Part shown: positions 28,140 to 38,828 of the stretch, one piece after another
How positions within the stretch are numbered: the stretch's first letter is position 1
How the letters are laid out: every line of letters begins with the position of its first letter
Assembly: GCA_044222005.1 (NCBI GenBank)
Contig: JBGANY010000002.1
Span: 82,426-146,425, forward strand
DNA: 64,000 nt
Reading direction: 5' to 3'
From: Methylotenera sp.
GTDB taxonomy: Bacteria > Pseudomonadota > Gammaproteobacteria > Burkholderiales > Methylophilaceae
The notes under the pieces: generated by a model
Databases searched by the model: none
Seen by the model: the letters and a program-made list of their open reading frames with translations, nothing else
Told to the model about the DNA's origin: nothing
Position numbers and translations under genes: made by a program

Positions 28140-30125
28140 TTACAACACTGATTTTACAGTTGCAACAACATTTTCAACTGTAAAGCCAAAGTGTTTCATT
28201 AACACGCCGCCTGGAGCAGATTCACCGAATGTATCGATGCCTACAACTGCACCTTCCAAGCCCACATATTTGCGCCAGAAATCTGGATGCGCTGCTTCAA
28301 CTGCCACGCGCTTAACGCCCGGAGTCAATACGCTGTCACGGTAAGCTTTATCCTGACGGTCAAATACATTGGTAGAAGGCATAGAAACCACACGCACTTT
28401 AGTGCCAGCTGCATTCAGCTCAGCCGCTGCTTTCACAGCCAAATCAAGCTCAGAACCGTTCGCGATGATAATCACGTCGGCTTTGCCTGCCACATCAGAG
28501 AAGACATAACCACCCTTACGCATCAATGCAAAATGCGCTGTGTCATGCTTAATGCCAGCAACGTTCTGACGGCTCAACACCAAGCTGGAAGGACCATCTT
28601 TACGCTCAACCGCGGCTACCCAGGCCACCGCAGTTTCAGTCGAACTGCCTGGGCGCCATACATCCATTCGTGGAATGTAGCGCAAGCCGGATGTATTCTC
28701 TACTGGTTGGTGGGTTGGACCATCTTCGCCCTGGCCGATAGAGTCATGTGATAACACAGCAATGGTGCGCTGTTTCATCAGTGCAGCCATACGCAATGCG
28801 CTCTTGGCATAGTCTGAGAACATGTGGAATGTACCGCCGAATGGCAACAGGCCACCGTGCAATGCCATGCCGTTCATGATGGCGTACATACCGAACTCAC
28901 GCACACCGTAAGAGATGTAGTTGCCTGGTTTTTTGCCGTCTACATGCGTAAAGCTCGGGCATGAAGTCAGGTTAGAACCTGTCAAATCAGCAGAACCGCC
29001 CAAGAATTCAGGCAATACGATAGCCAAAGCGGTAATTGCATTTTGTGAAGCTTTACGGGTTGCAATGCCTTCTGCTTTTTCGTTAGTTGCAGCAATCAAT
29101 GCGTCTGTTGCCTGTTTCCAGTTAGCTGGCAAGTCGCCTGCCATACGGCGTTTGAATTCTGCAGCCTCTTCAGGGAATGCCTTAGCGTATGCTTCAAATT
29201 TAGCGTTCCACTCACTTTCCAGTTTAGCGCCTTTCGCCTTGCCATCCCAACCTGCATAAACATCCGCCGGAATTTCGAATGGGGCATGTGGCCAGCCGAT
29301 TGCTGCACGTGTAACAGCAACTTCAGCATCACCTAATGCAGAACCGTGGCAGTCATGGCTGCCGGCTTTGTTTGGTGAGCCTTTACCAATGATGGTTTTA
29401 CAGCAGATCAATGAGGGTTTGTCTGTCACTTTTTTCGCTGCAATCACTGCGGCGTTGATCGCGTCAGAATCGTGACCATCTACTGACTGCACGTGCCAGC
29501 CGTAAGCTTCAAAGCGTTTCGCTGTATCGTCTGTGTACCAGCCTTCGATATGACCGTCGATAGAGATGCCGTTGTCATCCCAGAAAGCAACCAACTTGCC
29601 CAGGCCCCATGTACCAGCTAATGCGCAAGCCTCGTGAGATACGCCTTCCATCATACAGCCGTCACCCAGGAAGCAGTAGGTGTAGTGGTCAACGATATCG
29701 TGACCTGGCTTATTGAATTGGTCAGCCAATAATTTTTCAGCCATCGCAAAACCAACTGCATTAGTAATACCTTGGCCCAGTGGACCAGTCGTGGTTTCAA
29801 CACCCGGCGCATAGCTGTACTCTGGGTGGCCAGCGCATTTAGAGTGCAATTGGCGGAAAGTCTTGATTTCATCCATCGGCAGATCATAGCCGGTCAGATG
29901 CAACAAGGAGTAAATCAGCATGGAGCCGTGACCGTTAGAGAGAATGAAACGATCGCGGTCAGCCCAGTTTGGATTGGTTGGATTGTGACGTAAATGGTGA
30001 TTCCATAATACCTCTGCAATTTCTGCCATACCCATAGGCGCGCCTGGATGACCAGAGTTAGCTTTTTGCACTGCATCCATAGATAACGCACGGATGGCGT
30101 TACATAAATCGTTACGTGTTGCCAT
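28140..30125 (-). CDS. tkt: Transketolase
   Basis: 661 aa, with [13 protein letters not shown] and [16 protein letters not shown] motifs. Confidence 0.97.
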   Translation of the reverse strand: MATRNDLCNAIRALSMDAVQKANSGHPGAPMGMAEIAEVLWNHHLRHNPTNPNWADRDRFILSNGHGSMLIYSLLHLTGYDLPMDEIKTFRQLHSKCAGHPEYSYAPGVETTTGPLGQGITNAVGFAMAEKLLADQFNKPGHDIVDHYTYCFLGDGCMMEGVSHEACALAGTWGLGKLVAFWDDNGISIDGHIEGWYTDDTAKRFEAYGWHVQSVDGHDSDAINAAVIAAKKVTDKPSLICCKTIIGKGSPNKAGSHDCHGSALGDAEVAVTRAAIGWPHAPFEIPADVYAGWDGKAKGAKLESEWNAKFEAYAKAFPEEAAEFKRRMAGDLPANWKQATDALIAATNEKAEGIATRKASQNAITALAIVLPEFLGGSADLTGSNLTSCPSFTHVDGKKPGNYISYGVREFGMYAIMNGMALHGGLLPFGGTFHMFSDYAKSALRMAALMKQRTIAVLSHDSIGQGEDGPTHQPVENTSGLRYIPRMDVWRPGSSTETAVAWVAAVERKDGPSSLVLSRQNVAGIKHDTAHFALMRKGGYVFSDVAGKADVIIIANGSELDLAVKAAAELNAAGTKVRVVSMPSTNVFDRQDKAYRDSVLTPGVKRVAVEAAHPDFWRKYVGLEGAVVGIDTFGESAPGGVLMKHFGFTVENVVATVKSVL

Positions 30126-30391
30126 GATTCTCTCCCTAATGATTAAACTTGAAGTCTTATATGAAATGCTATAAAACTCTGACTAAATTCTTAAAAAAGC
30201 CTGTTTTAACTTCAGCTTTTGCAAAGATTTAATTATTGCTCAAATAGCCCTTTTCAGCAAGGGCTTAAGCTTGTTATTGCTGCTGGAAAAAGCTTATTTT
30301 TGATTTTTAAATGTGAGCAGCCAGACAGGAGGAATTATTGAAAGCGCCTGCCCATCCAGCTTTAGCCATTATTAAATCAACAGGCAGACAT

Positions 30392-31411
30392 TTAAATGTC
30401 GATTTTAATGCCTCTGGAGGCCGCATGGATACTGGCCTGCAGAGCGGCACAATTTGCTTTTGCATCGGTAAACGTTAAATAAGGCGCTTTGTCGTTAAGC
30501 ACGCAATCACTGAAATGTTCAATCTCTAAAGTAAAGTGGTTGCTTGACGCAAAGCGTTCCTCACAATATCTGCCGTCCTCCAGCGCCCAGCTAATCACCG
30601 GCACATCGTTCTGGAACACCCACGCGGCATGGCATTTCACCCAACCTTTGGTGCCGATGATTTCGTATTCCGATTTGCGTGAACGCTCGAAGCTGATGTC
30701 AAAATGCCCGAATCTGGCGCGGCCTTCTGCATCGTTGCCAAAATCCAGCACGCCGCTCATCACGGTATCGGCGCCGTGTTCGTTAAGCTTGGCATGGGCG
30801 ATGACGGTTTTTGGTTCTGCGCCAAAACACCATCTGAGAGAATGAATCGCGTAAGGGCCAATATCCCACAGTGCACCGCCGCCATCGGTCATGCTGCGGT
30901 TAATGCGGTACATGCGCGCTGGTTTCATTAAGAACGAGTATGAAGCGCGAGCTGAAAGCACATCGCCAATCAGGCCGCTTTCCACGATTTCCTTAACACG
31001 CGTATGCTGCGGATGAAAGCGGTACATAAAGCCTTCCATCACCTTCACGTTGGCTTTTTTTGCGGCAGCTTCAATCGCCTCGATGTCTCTTACCGTCAAG
31101 GCCATCGGTTTTTCTATCAATGCATGCTTGCCTGCGTTAATCGCCTTTAGCGCCCATTCCGCGTGCTCCTCATTCGCCATCGGGCAATAAATCGCTTCGA
31201 TGTTTTTATCGTTAATCAGCGCATCCATGTCATGATAACAAGTCACGCTATTTGCATAACAGGGTGCGTATTTTTCCAGCGTCGCTTTCGCCGCACCCGC
31301 GCGGCGGCTGGCAATAGCGACCAATTGCGAATTGGGCGCTTCGATAATCGCCGGCAGCAAGCGCTCGTTCACCCGCGCCGCGCCCAGGATACCCCATTTG
31401 AGTTTATTCAT
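30392..31411 (-). CDS. Gfo/Idh/MocA-family NAD(P)-dependent oxidoreductase
   Basis: N-terminal Rossmann motif KWGILGAARV and EKPMAL. I prefer the ATG at 31411, which forms an ATGA overlap with the upstream thioredoxin-fold gene, over the GTG at 31423. Confidence 0.85.
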   Translation of the reverse strand: MNKLKWGILGAARVNERLLPAIIEAPNSQLVAIASRRAGAAKATLEKYAPCYANSVTCYHDMDALINDKNIEAIYCPMANEEHAEWALKAINAGKHALIEKPMALTVRDIEAIEAAAKKANVKVMEGFMYRFHPQHTRVKEIVESGLIGDVLSARASYSFLMKPARMYRINRSMTDGGGALWDIGPYAIHSLRWCFGAEPKTVIAHAKLNEHGADTVMSGVLDFGNDAEGRARFGHFDISFERSRKSEYEIIGTKGWVKCHAAWVFQNDVPVISWALEDGRYCEERFASSNHFTLEIEHFSDCVLNDKAPYLTFTDAKANCAALQASIHAASRGIKIDI

Positions 31412-31962
31412 GTTTCGCTCCACTTGATACTGCAGCCAATGCTCGCAATCTGCTCCTTTGGTCCCTGCCCAGTTTCTGCAATCTGCTTCATGGCGTGGAA
31501 CAAATCACGTGTGCTATTGGGCGCGGTTTCTTTGCGGCTTTCATCAAAACGGCCGCGGTATTGCAGCTCGGCCTTGTTGTTGAAGCCAAAAAAATCTGGC
31601 GTACACACCGCGCCATAGGCTTTAGCTATCTCTTGCGTTCTATCCGACAAATACGGAAACGGAAAATCCATCTCGTATGCGATTTTTTGCATGTTATCAA
31701 AACTGTCTTCCTGATACTCTTTTGGGTCGTTGGACATAATTGCCACGGTGTTGATGCCGAGCATTTTCAGCTCACGCACGTCCGCAATCAGGCGTGGCAA
31801 AATGGCTTTTACGTAAGGACAATGGTTACAAATGAACATCACCAACAGGCCATTTTTGCCCATGATCTGGTCGCGCGAAATCATGCTGCCATCTACATTT
31901 TGCAGATTAAAATCGGGTGCTTTCCAGCCAAAATCGCACACCGGTGGGTTTAAACTTGCCAT
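31408..31962 (-). CDS. Thioredoxin-fold (AhpC/TSA-like) protein with a CxxC motif
   Basis: 184 aa. FICNHCPYV redox motif and a peroxiredoxin-like fold sequence. Confidence 0.75.
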   Translation of the reverse strand: MASLNPPVCDFGWKAPDFNLQNVDGSMISRDQIMGKNGLLVMFICNHCPYVKAILPRLIADVRELKMLGINTVAIMSNDPKEYQEDSFDNMQKIAYEMDFPFPYLSDRTQEIAKAYGAVCTPDFFGFNNKAELQYRGRFDESRKETAPNSTRDLFHAMKQIAETGQGPKEQIASIGCSIKWSET

Positions 31963-32026
31963 GCTAATTTCCCAACTTGGACTCCAAAAACTTTATAATC
32001 TAATCTTATCACTTTAAGTTTGAATC

Positions 32027-32761
32027 ATGTCTAACCTTCGATTTTACAGTGCCGAAAATTTGATTATTGGTGCAACCGTCAAACTTTCTGAAAACGCCGC
32101 TACACATGCCACACGTGTGCTGCGCTTAAATGAGGGTGATGTGATTAATCTATTTAATGGCGACGGTTTCGATTATGCCTGCGAGTTAATCCTGGTTAAA
32201 AAAAATGAAGTGCTTGCCAAAGTAAAAGGCAGCGCAGCAATTAACAATGAACCGCCACTCAACATCACGCTGCTGCAAGGCATTTCCAGCGGCGACCGCA
32301 TGGATTACACCATTCAAAAAGCGGTTGAGCTGGGCGTAAAGCAAATACAACCGATTGCCACCGAACGCAGCGTGGTAAAACTCAGTGCAGAGCGCGCAGA
32401 AAAACGTGTTGAGCATTGGCAAAACGTGGTGATTTCCGCCTGTGAGCAATGCGGGCGGGCGACCATTCCCATAGTTTCTGTACCAAAGACTCTGGCGAAC
32501 TGGCTGGCAGCCAATCCACAAGCCACCAGCACGCGAATCTTGCTCAATCCGATAGGTGCAAAACGCTTGGCTGAAATGGCAAAACCGAATGGCGAAATTC
32601 AACTGCTGATTGGAGCGGAGGGCGGTTTAAGCACCGCCGAGATTGACACAGCCATCTCGCACGGCTTTCAATCTGTGATTTTAGGCCCGCGCATTTTGCG
32701 CACAGAAACTGCGGCGCTTGCAGCGATGAGCACCATGCATACGCTTTGGGGAGATTTTTAA
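32027..32761 (+). CDS. rsmE: 16S rRNA (uracil1498-N3)-methyltransferase
   Basis: 244 aa with an RsmE/SPOUT pattern (HATRVLRL ... LLIGAEGGLS ... LGPRILRTETAA). Confidence 0.9.
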   Translation: MSNLRFYSAENLIIGATVKLSENAATHATRVLRLNEGDVINLFNGDGFDYACELILVKKNEVLAKVKGSAAINNEPPLNITLLQGISSGDRMDYTIQKAVELGVKQIQPIATERSVVKLSAERAEKRVEHWQNVVISACEQCGRATIPIVSVPKTLANWLAANPQATSTRILLNPIGAKRLAEMAKPNGEIQLLIGAEGGLSTAEIDTAISHGFQSVILGPRILRTETAALAAMSTMHTLWGDF

Positions 32762-32771
32762 TTTAAAATAT

Positions 32772-32829
32772 TTGCATTATTTACAATAATATTTTATAAT
32801 TATGTAAATTTTACATAATTATAAAATAT
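32772..32829 (+). promoter_or_regulatory. Putative sigma-70 promoter overlapped by a perfect 41-bp palindrome (candidate operator)
   Basis: -35 TTGCAT at 32772-32777, a 17-nt spacer, and a perfect -10 TATAAT at 32795-32800. The palindrome spans 32789-32829 with 20-bp arms around t32809 and runs into the ATG at 32828. Confidence 0.6.
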
Positions 32830-34420
32830 GTCACTTGGTAATTTTATACGTCAGCGACGCAAATCGCTGAATATCACACTGCAAACACTTGCTAACCAAG
32901 TGGATGCGGACGCCGGTAATTTATCGCGCATCGAGCGCGGCGAATTAGGTATTAACGAAACCTTGCTGCGCAAAGTGGCGGCAGCGCTCGACTGTACGCC
33001 GGCATATTTATATGCGCAAAGCGATGCGCCTCTGGCACAATTAACCGCACAGGAAAATCGGCAGCCTTATCTCGTCAACCCGTCGCAAACCAACAACACA
33101 AAAGACTTCGTGCAGTGGTTTCGCTCTGCTACCCCCTATATTCACGCATTTGGCGGCCGCACTTTTGTGATTGCGTTTGGCGGCGAGGTGGTCGATGAAA
33201 AACAATTTATCGCACTTTCGCATGATTTGAATCTGCTCGCCAGCCTGGAAGTCCGGCTGGTGCTGGTGCATGGCGCGCGTCCGCAGATTGAGCAGCGCTT
33301 AAAACGTGCCAAACTCACGCCCACGCTGCACAACGGTTTACGTGTGACCGATGACGAGGCGATGGAGATCGTCAAAGAAGCCAACGGCGCGGTGCGCGTA
33401 GAGATTGAAGCACTGCTATCGATGGGTATTGCCAACTCGCCGATGGCAGGCGCTGACATTCGCGTGGCGAGCGGCAATTTTGTCACCGCCAAGCCGCTTG
33501 GCGTGCGCGATGGCGTTGATTTGCAGCACACAGGCGAAGTACGCAAGGTTGATGCTGTGGGCATTCAAAAGCGCTTGGACGACAGCGAACTGGTACTGCT
33601 CTCCCCGCTTGGATATTCGCCCACAGGCGAGGCGTTTAACTTAAGCCTGGAAGATGTGGCTGTTAGCACCGCGATCGCGCTTGATGCGGACAAGCTCATT
33701 TTTTTAATGGATAGTGAGGGCGTGCATAATTTACGCGGTGAATTATTGCGCGAAATGACCACAGAAAAAGCCAAAAATTTATTACACAACTTGCAAAATA
33801 ACGATGCGCCGATAAACGTTTCAGAGGATGTGAATTACTACTTGCCAGCCGCAGTGCGCGCCTGCGAGCAAGGCGTAGCCCGCACGCATCTGATTTCACG
33901 CCATATTGATGGCGCCATCATTCAAGAACTGTTTACCCATAACGGCATTGGCACAATGGTGACGGAACAATCGCTGGAAACCATGCGCCAAGCCAATATT
34001 GACGATGTGGGCGGCATACTCATACTCATCGAGCCGCTTGAAAATGAGGGGTTTTTAGTACGCCGCGGACGCGAACGTATCGAGACGGATATCAACCATT
34101 TCTATGTGATGGAGCACGATAACCGCATCATCGGCTGTGCGGCTCTGCACCCATTTGTATCTGAAGGCATGGCCGAATTTGCCTGCTTGGCGATTGACCC
34201 GACCTACAGGGGCGGCGGACGCGGCGATAAGCTCTTTAACTACTGCCAGAATCAAGCGAAAGAGTTGGGATTCAGGCACCTGTTTTGCCTGACTACGCGC
34301 ACCGAACAATGGTTTTTAGAGCGCGGCTTTGTTGAAAAACCTATTGAAAGCCTGCCACAAGAAAAGCAACAGCTTTACAATTTTCAACGGAGATCTAAAG
34401 TATTTGTTAAAACACTTTAG
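32828..34420 (+). CDS. argA: N-acetylglutamate synthase (AAK + GNAT) with an N-terminal XRE-type HTH domain fusion
   Basis: Residues 1-64 are an HTH_XRE pattern (NFIRQRRKSLNITLQTLANQVDADAGNLSRIERGE). A linker runs to about residue 91. From DFVQWFRSATPYIHAFGGRTFVIAFGG onward the protein is colinear with E. coli ArgA to the C terminus (QQLYNFQRRSKVF). Confidence 0.9.
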   Translation: MSLGNFIRQRRKSLNITLQTLANQVDADAGNLSRIERGELGINETLLRKVAAALDCTPAYLYAQSDAPLAQLTAQENRQPYLVNPSQTNNTKDFVQWFRSATPYIHAFGGRTFVIAFGGEVVDEKQFIALSHDLNLLASLEVRLVLVHGARPQIEQRLKRAKLTPTLHNGLRVTDDEAMEIVKEANGAVRVEIEALLSMGIANSPMAGADIRVASGNFVTAKPLGVRDGVDLQHTGEVRKVDAVGIQKRLDDSELVLLSPLGYSPTGEAFNLSLEDVAVSTAIALDADKLIFLMDSEGVHNLRGELLREMTTEKAKNLLHNLQNNDAPINVSEDVNYYLPAAVRACEQGVARTHLISRHIDGAIIQELFTHNGIGTMVTEQSLETMRQANIDDVGGILILIEPLENEGFLVRRGRERIETDINHFYVMEHDNRIIGCAALHPFVSEGMAEFACLAIDPTYRGGGRGDKLFNYCQNQAKELGFRHLFCLTTRTEQWFLERGFVEKPIESLPQEKQQLYNFQRRSKVFVKTL

Positions 34421-35362
<942 letters not shown>

Positions 35363-35388
35363 CTTACATCCAAATAACACGGCAACAG

Positions 35389-35509
35389 AAATTTTATTTT
35401 GCGGGATGAAGCGCTAGGCGCCGCAAAGCGAATGACGAAGGCATATCGAATTGCATAGACAAGTAATGAGCGCGCACGCAACGACGCGATTCGCCCACAA
35501 AATAAATTT
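35389..35509. repeat. Intergenic hairpin-forming repeat, copy C
   Basis: Imperfect terminal inverted repeat aaattttattttgcggg (35389-35405) / cccacaaaataaattt (35494-35509). The interior gggatgaagcgctaggcgcc ... atgagcgcgcacgcaacgacgcgattcgcc aligns with copy B (ggatgaagtgcaaggcgcac ... atgagcaccgcgtaacgcagcaattcgac). It ends at the nucleotide before the ATG of the next gene. Confidence 0.55.
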
Positions 35510-36139
35510 ATGAGCCGCGTCTGGATATTCGATTTAGACGACACATTGCATAACGCTTCCGCGCATATTTTTCCGGTGATGAATCGCGCCATGACGCAGT
35601 ACATCATGGAGCATCTGGAATTGGAAGAACACGCCGCCCATCAACTGCGCCAGCACTATTGGCACATATACGGTGCCACGCTTAAAGGCCTCACGCGCCA
35701 TCATGGCGTTGATCCTTATCACTTTCTGCATGAAACGCACAAGCTTATCAAATTGCCTGAAATGGTGCTGCAAACCAAACGCTTGCGCCACATGCTGCAA
35801 AGTCTGCACGGCCGCAAAGCAGTATTTACCAATGCGCCGCGTAACTATGCGCTACAAGTGCTTGATTTACTTGGCATCGCTGATTGTTTCGAACTGGTAT
35901 TCAGTGTGGAGTCTGCAAAATTCCACGCCAAGCCCAGTGTGCGCGGCTTTCAATTGTTGCTTAAAAGCATGCAGGCCAAAGCAAGTGACTGTGTCATGCT
36001 GGAAGACAATCTTTCTGCGCTGATGACAGCCAAACGGCTTGGCATGCGAACGATCTGGATTACTAAAAAACCACAAAAACCAAATTTTGTGAATTATCGG
36101 CTAAGCAACGTGTTAGCGCTTACTCACATTAAGCTATAA
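35510..36139 (+). CDS. HAD-superfamily pyrimidine 5'-nucleotidase-like hydrolase
   Basis: WIFDLDDTLH motif I and FTNAP motif II, with a size and layout typical of the family. Confidence 0.75.
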   Translation: MSRVWIFDLDDTLHNASAHIFPVMNRAMTQYIMEHLELEEHAAHQLRQHYWHIYGATLKGLTRHHGVDPYHFLHETHKLIKLPEMVLQTKRLRHMLQSLHGRKAVFTNAPRNYALQVLDLLGIADCFELVFSVESAKFHAKPSVRGFQLLLKSMQAKASDCVMLEDNLSALMTAKRLGMRTIWITKKPQKPNFVNYRLSNVLALTHIKL

Positions 36140-36172
36140 TAAATCATAAAAATCATTTCTAAGGGGGACAAT

Positions 36173-36742
36173 GTGGCTTCAGACCGCACTACAAATAGAA
36201 AGCAGCAGATATTAGAAACACTCGCCAAAATGCTCGAGAACCCGAAGCGCGAGAAAATCACCACCGCTTCACTTGCAGCCAAACTGGATTTGAGCGAAGC
36301 TGCGCTTTATCGTCACTTTGCCAGCAAGGCGCAGATGTTCGAAAGCCTGATCGAGTTTATTGAAACCTCGATTTTCGGCGTGATCAACAAAATCACCACG
36401 GATGAGCATGACGGGGCTAAACAGGTACAGCTCATCATCACCATGCTGCTCAAATTTGCCGAAAAAAATCCGGGTATGACGCGTGTGCTGATTGGCGATG
36501 CACTAGTAAATGAGGAAGAGTGGCTTCAGACGCGTATTAACCAGCTTTTCGACAGACTGGAAGCCAGTCTCAGACAAAGCCTGAAAATTGCTGTTGCCGT
36601 ATCTGGCAAGAAAATCATGCCGGAAGCGCAAGCTAACCTGCTCGTTTGCTATGTGATTGGCCGCTGGCATCAATTTGCAAAAAGCGGTTTCAAGCGTAAG
36701 CCGCTCGAGCTTTCCCAGGCACAGCTGCTTTTTTTGAACTAG
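36173..36742 (+). CDS. slmA: Nucleoid occlusion factor SlmA (TetR family)
   Basis: Colinear with E. coli SlmA (ITTASLAAKLDLSEAALYRHFASKAQMFESLIEFIE ... RINQLFDRLEASLRQ). GTG start. Confidence 0.88.
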   Translation: MASDRTTNRKQQILETLAKMLENPKREKITTASLAAKLDLSEAALYRHFASKAQMFESLIEFIETSIFGVINKITTDEHDGAKQVQLIITMLLKFAEKNPGMTRVLIGDALVNEEEWLQTRINQLFDRLEASLRQSLKIAVAVSGKKIMPEAQANLLVCYVIGRWHQFAKSGFKRKPLELSQAQLLFLN

Positions 36743-36813
36743 ACTCAAGTTGATTTGTCGTATTCGAATATTGGCTTTGCGCTATATAACCAATAAACAC
36801 CCGGAAGGAAGCC

Positions 36814-37287
36814 ATGATGTCGATTCACAACAAGGCAATCAAAGCGCTGAAGCCCGCTGATTATCAGGCGATTGAAAAAGAGCACGCGCTGCTGGAGAAG
36901 TTTCTGCATGATCTGCATGACGCATGTCTGGCGTTGGATAAGCTTGACCAGATCAGTGATCGTGAAGCAGTGGCTTCTTATAGCGGTCGCTTACCCACTT
37001 TCTTGCTATATATCACAGAACTTATAGCGAATCATTTTGAGCATGAGGAAAAAATCATGCTGAGCAGGCCAAACGTAACGGAAAATTATGAATACTTTCG
37101 TGCACATCGGCAGGCACATGCCGACATCGTGCGAAAGCTGGATGCGGTAGTGAGCAATTGCTTTACCTTGGCTGCACATAAAACTACCGCTGAAATATAT
37201 CACCTCTTTTACAAAAGCATTTCTAACCTGTTTGAAGAGCACGACCGTGCTTTTGACGATCCTTTTCTACAATCCACCAAAACTTGA
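36814..37287 (+). CDS. Hemerythrin-like metal-binding domain protein
   Basis: 157 aa with spaced His/Glu motifs (HDLHD, HFEHEE, HRQAH, EEHD) as in hemerythrin HHE domains. The assignment comes from motif pattern only. Confidence 0.5.
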   Translation: MMSIHNKAIKALKPADYQAIEKEHALLEKFLHDLHDACLALDKLDQISDREAVASYSGRLPTFLLYITELIANHFEHEEKIMLSRPNVTENYEYFRAHRQAHADIVRKLDAVVSNCFTLAAHKTTAEIYHLFYKSISNLFEEHDRAFDDPFLQSTKT

Positions 37288-37387
37288 ATGTGCGGCGGAA
37301 CGCACGATCACCGGGCAGTTGCCTATCAAGAACAATCTGAGTAGGATTGCAGGTTATTGCACAGCAACTTAGGCACAGGAGAATGTC

Positions 37388-37612
37388 TTGCAAGGCACAG
37401 TTTTTGGTTTTACCGAAGCGCAGATCACCGAATTTGGCATGACCTATGGCGTCAGCGGACTGATGCTGCTCATGGTGTTCATCGTCGGGCACCTGGCCTG
37501 GGAATCAAAAGCAGGGAAGTTCGGCACCTTTGCCTTGTTTATCGGCCTTGCTTTTGGCTTGGTAGGCTATGTGGCGAAATACGTCATTAAATTAAAACTC
37601 GGTATCCAATAG
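37388..37612 (+). CDS. DUF2788-like small membrane protein
   Basis: 74 aa, two TM helices, and an SKAGKFGTFALF motif resembling DUF2788. TTG start. Confidence 0.55.
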   Translation: MQGTVFGFTEAQITEFGMTYGVSGLMLLMVFIVGHLAWESKAGKFGTFALFIGLAFGLVGYVAKYVIKLKLGIQ

Positions 37613-37616
37613 CGCG

Positions 37617-38825
37617 TTACAAAACCAACTTCACCGCCGCAAGCCTCGCCTCATAGACCGCGACTCTGATTCTCTCCGGCTCGCTGAATCCGCTGGCAAC
37701 CGCACCCGCATCTACACGCAACGCCGCATCCAGTGCCTTTAACATTAAATCAGCCTCGGGTATCGCGCAGTTCTCAAAACCGGTTCTGCCGCGAGAATCG
37801 GCCTCACAGGCCTTCAGAAAATCATTAAACCTGGCTGGCTGGCGAATCGCATCCAACTCGATCAAAAACTCCAGCAAGGTGTTTGGCCGCATTTTGCCCA
37901 CCTGATGCAATTTGCCATGGAACTTGGCTACGATATGTGCCAGTTCTTTGCAATCGTTTGGCACGCGCAAGCGTTGGCAAACATCTTTCAGCAGGGCCAC
38001 GCTGCGCACTTCGTGACCAATATGCCGGGGCAGAATATCAACGGGCGTAGTGCCCTTGCCCAGATCATGCATCAGCGCGGCAAAGCGTACTGGCAGGCTA
38101 AAATTCTGCCTGGCGGCGTAATCAATCACCATCATCATATGTACGCCAGTATCCACTTCCGGGTGATGCTGTGGCGGCTGTGGCACGCCCCATAGCTTAT
38201 CAAGTTCAGGCAGTATCTTTTGCAACGCACCGCACGCGCGCAACACCTCAAACATGCGGCTTGGCTTTCGTTCCATCAAGCCTTGCGCCAGTTCCTGCCA
38301 TACACGCTCCGGCACCAGCGCGTCCACCTCGCCCGCAGCTACCATTTGCCGCATCAAAACGAGCGTTTCCGGCGCCAGGCTAAACTCTGTTAGCCGCGCC
38401 GCAAAGCGCGCCGCACGCAAAATACGCACCGGATCTTCTGCAAAGGCGCTGCTGACATGGCGCAGGATTTTAGATTGAATATCCGCTTGCCCATTGAAAG
38501 GGTCAATGAGTTTGCCCTCGGCATCCTTGGCGATGGCGTTGATAGTCAAATCGCGGCGCGCCAGATCTTCTTCCAGCGTGACTTCGGGCGAGGCATGCAC
38601 GGTAAAGCCCTTGTAGCCTTTAGCGGTTTTACGTTCAGTGCGTGCCAGCGCATATTCATCATGCGTTTTGGGGTGGAGAAACACAGGGAAGTCTTTGCCG
38701 ACCGGCCTGTAACCCGCCTCCAGCATGGCTTGTGGCGTGGCACCCACGACAACAAAATCTTTATCTTTTATCGGAAAACCCAGCAACTCATCACGCACCG
38801 CACCGCCTACGCAATACGTCTTCAT
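37617..38825 (-). CDS. cca: Multifunctional CCA-adding enzyme (tRNA nucleotidyltransferase with HD domain)
   Basis: MKTYCVGGAVRDELLG, the RDLTINA motif, and an HD domain (HPEVDTGVH ... HDLGK). Confidence 0.93.
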   Translation of the reverse strand: MKTYCVGGAVRDELLGFPIKDKDFVVVGATPQAMLEAGYRPVGKDFPVFLHPKTHDEYALARTERKTAKGYKGFTVHASPEVTLEEDLARRDLTINAIAKDAEGKLIDPFNGQADIQSKILRHVSSAFAEDPVRILRAARFAARLTEFSLAPETLVLMRQMVAAGEVDALVPERVWQELAQGLMERKPSRMFEVLRACGALQKILPELDKLWGVPQPPQHHPEVDTGVHMMMVIDYAARQNFSLPVRFAALMHDLGKGTTPVDILPRHIGHEVRSVALLKDVCQRLRVPNDCKELAHIVAKFHGKLHQVGKMRPNTLLEFLIELDAIRQPARFNDFLKACEADSRGRTGFENCAIPEADLMLKALDAALRVDAGAVASGFSEPERIRVAVYEARLAAVKLVL

Positions 38826-38828
38826 GCG

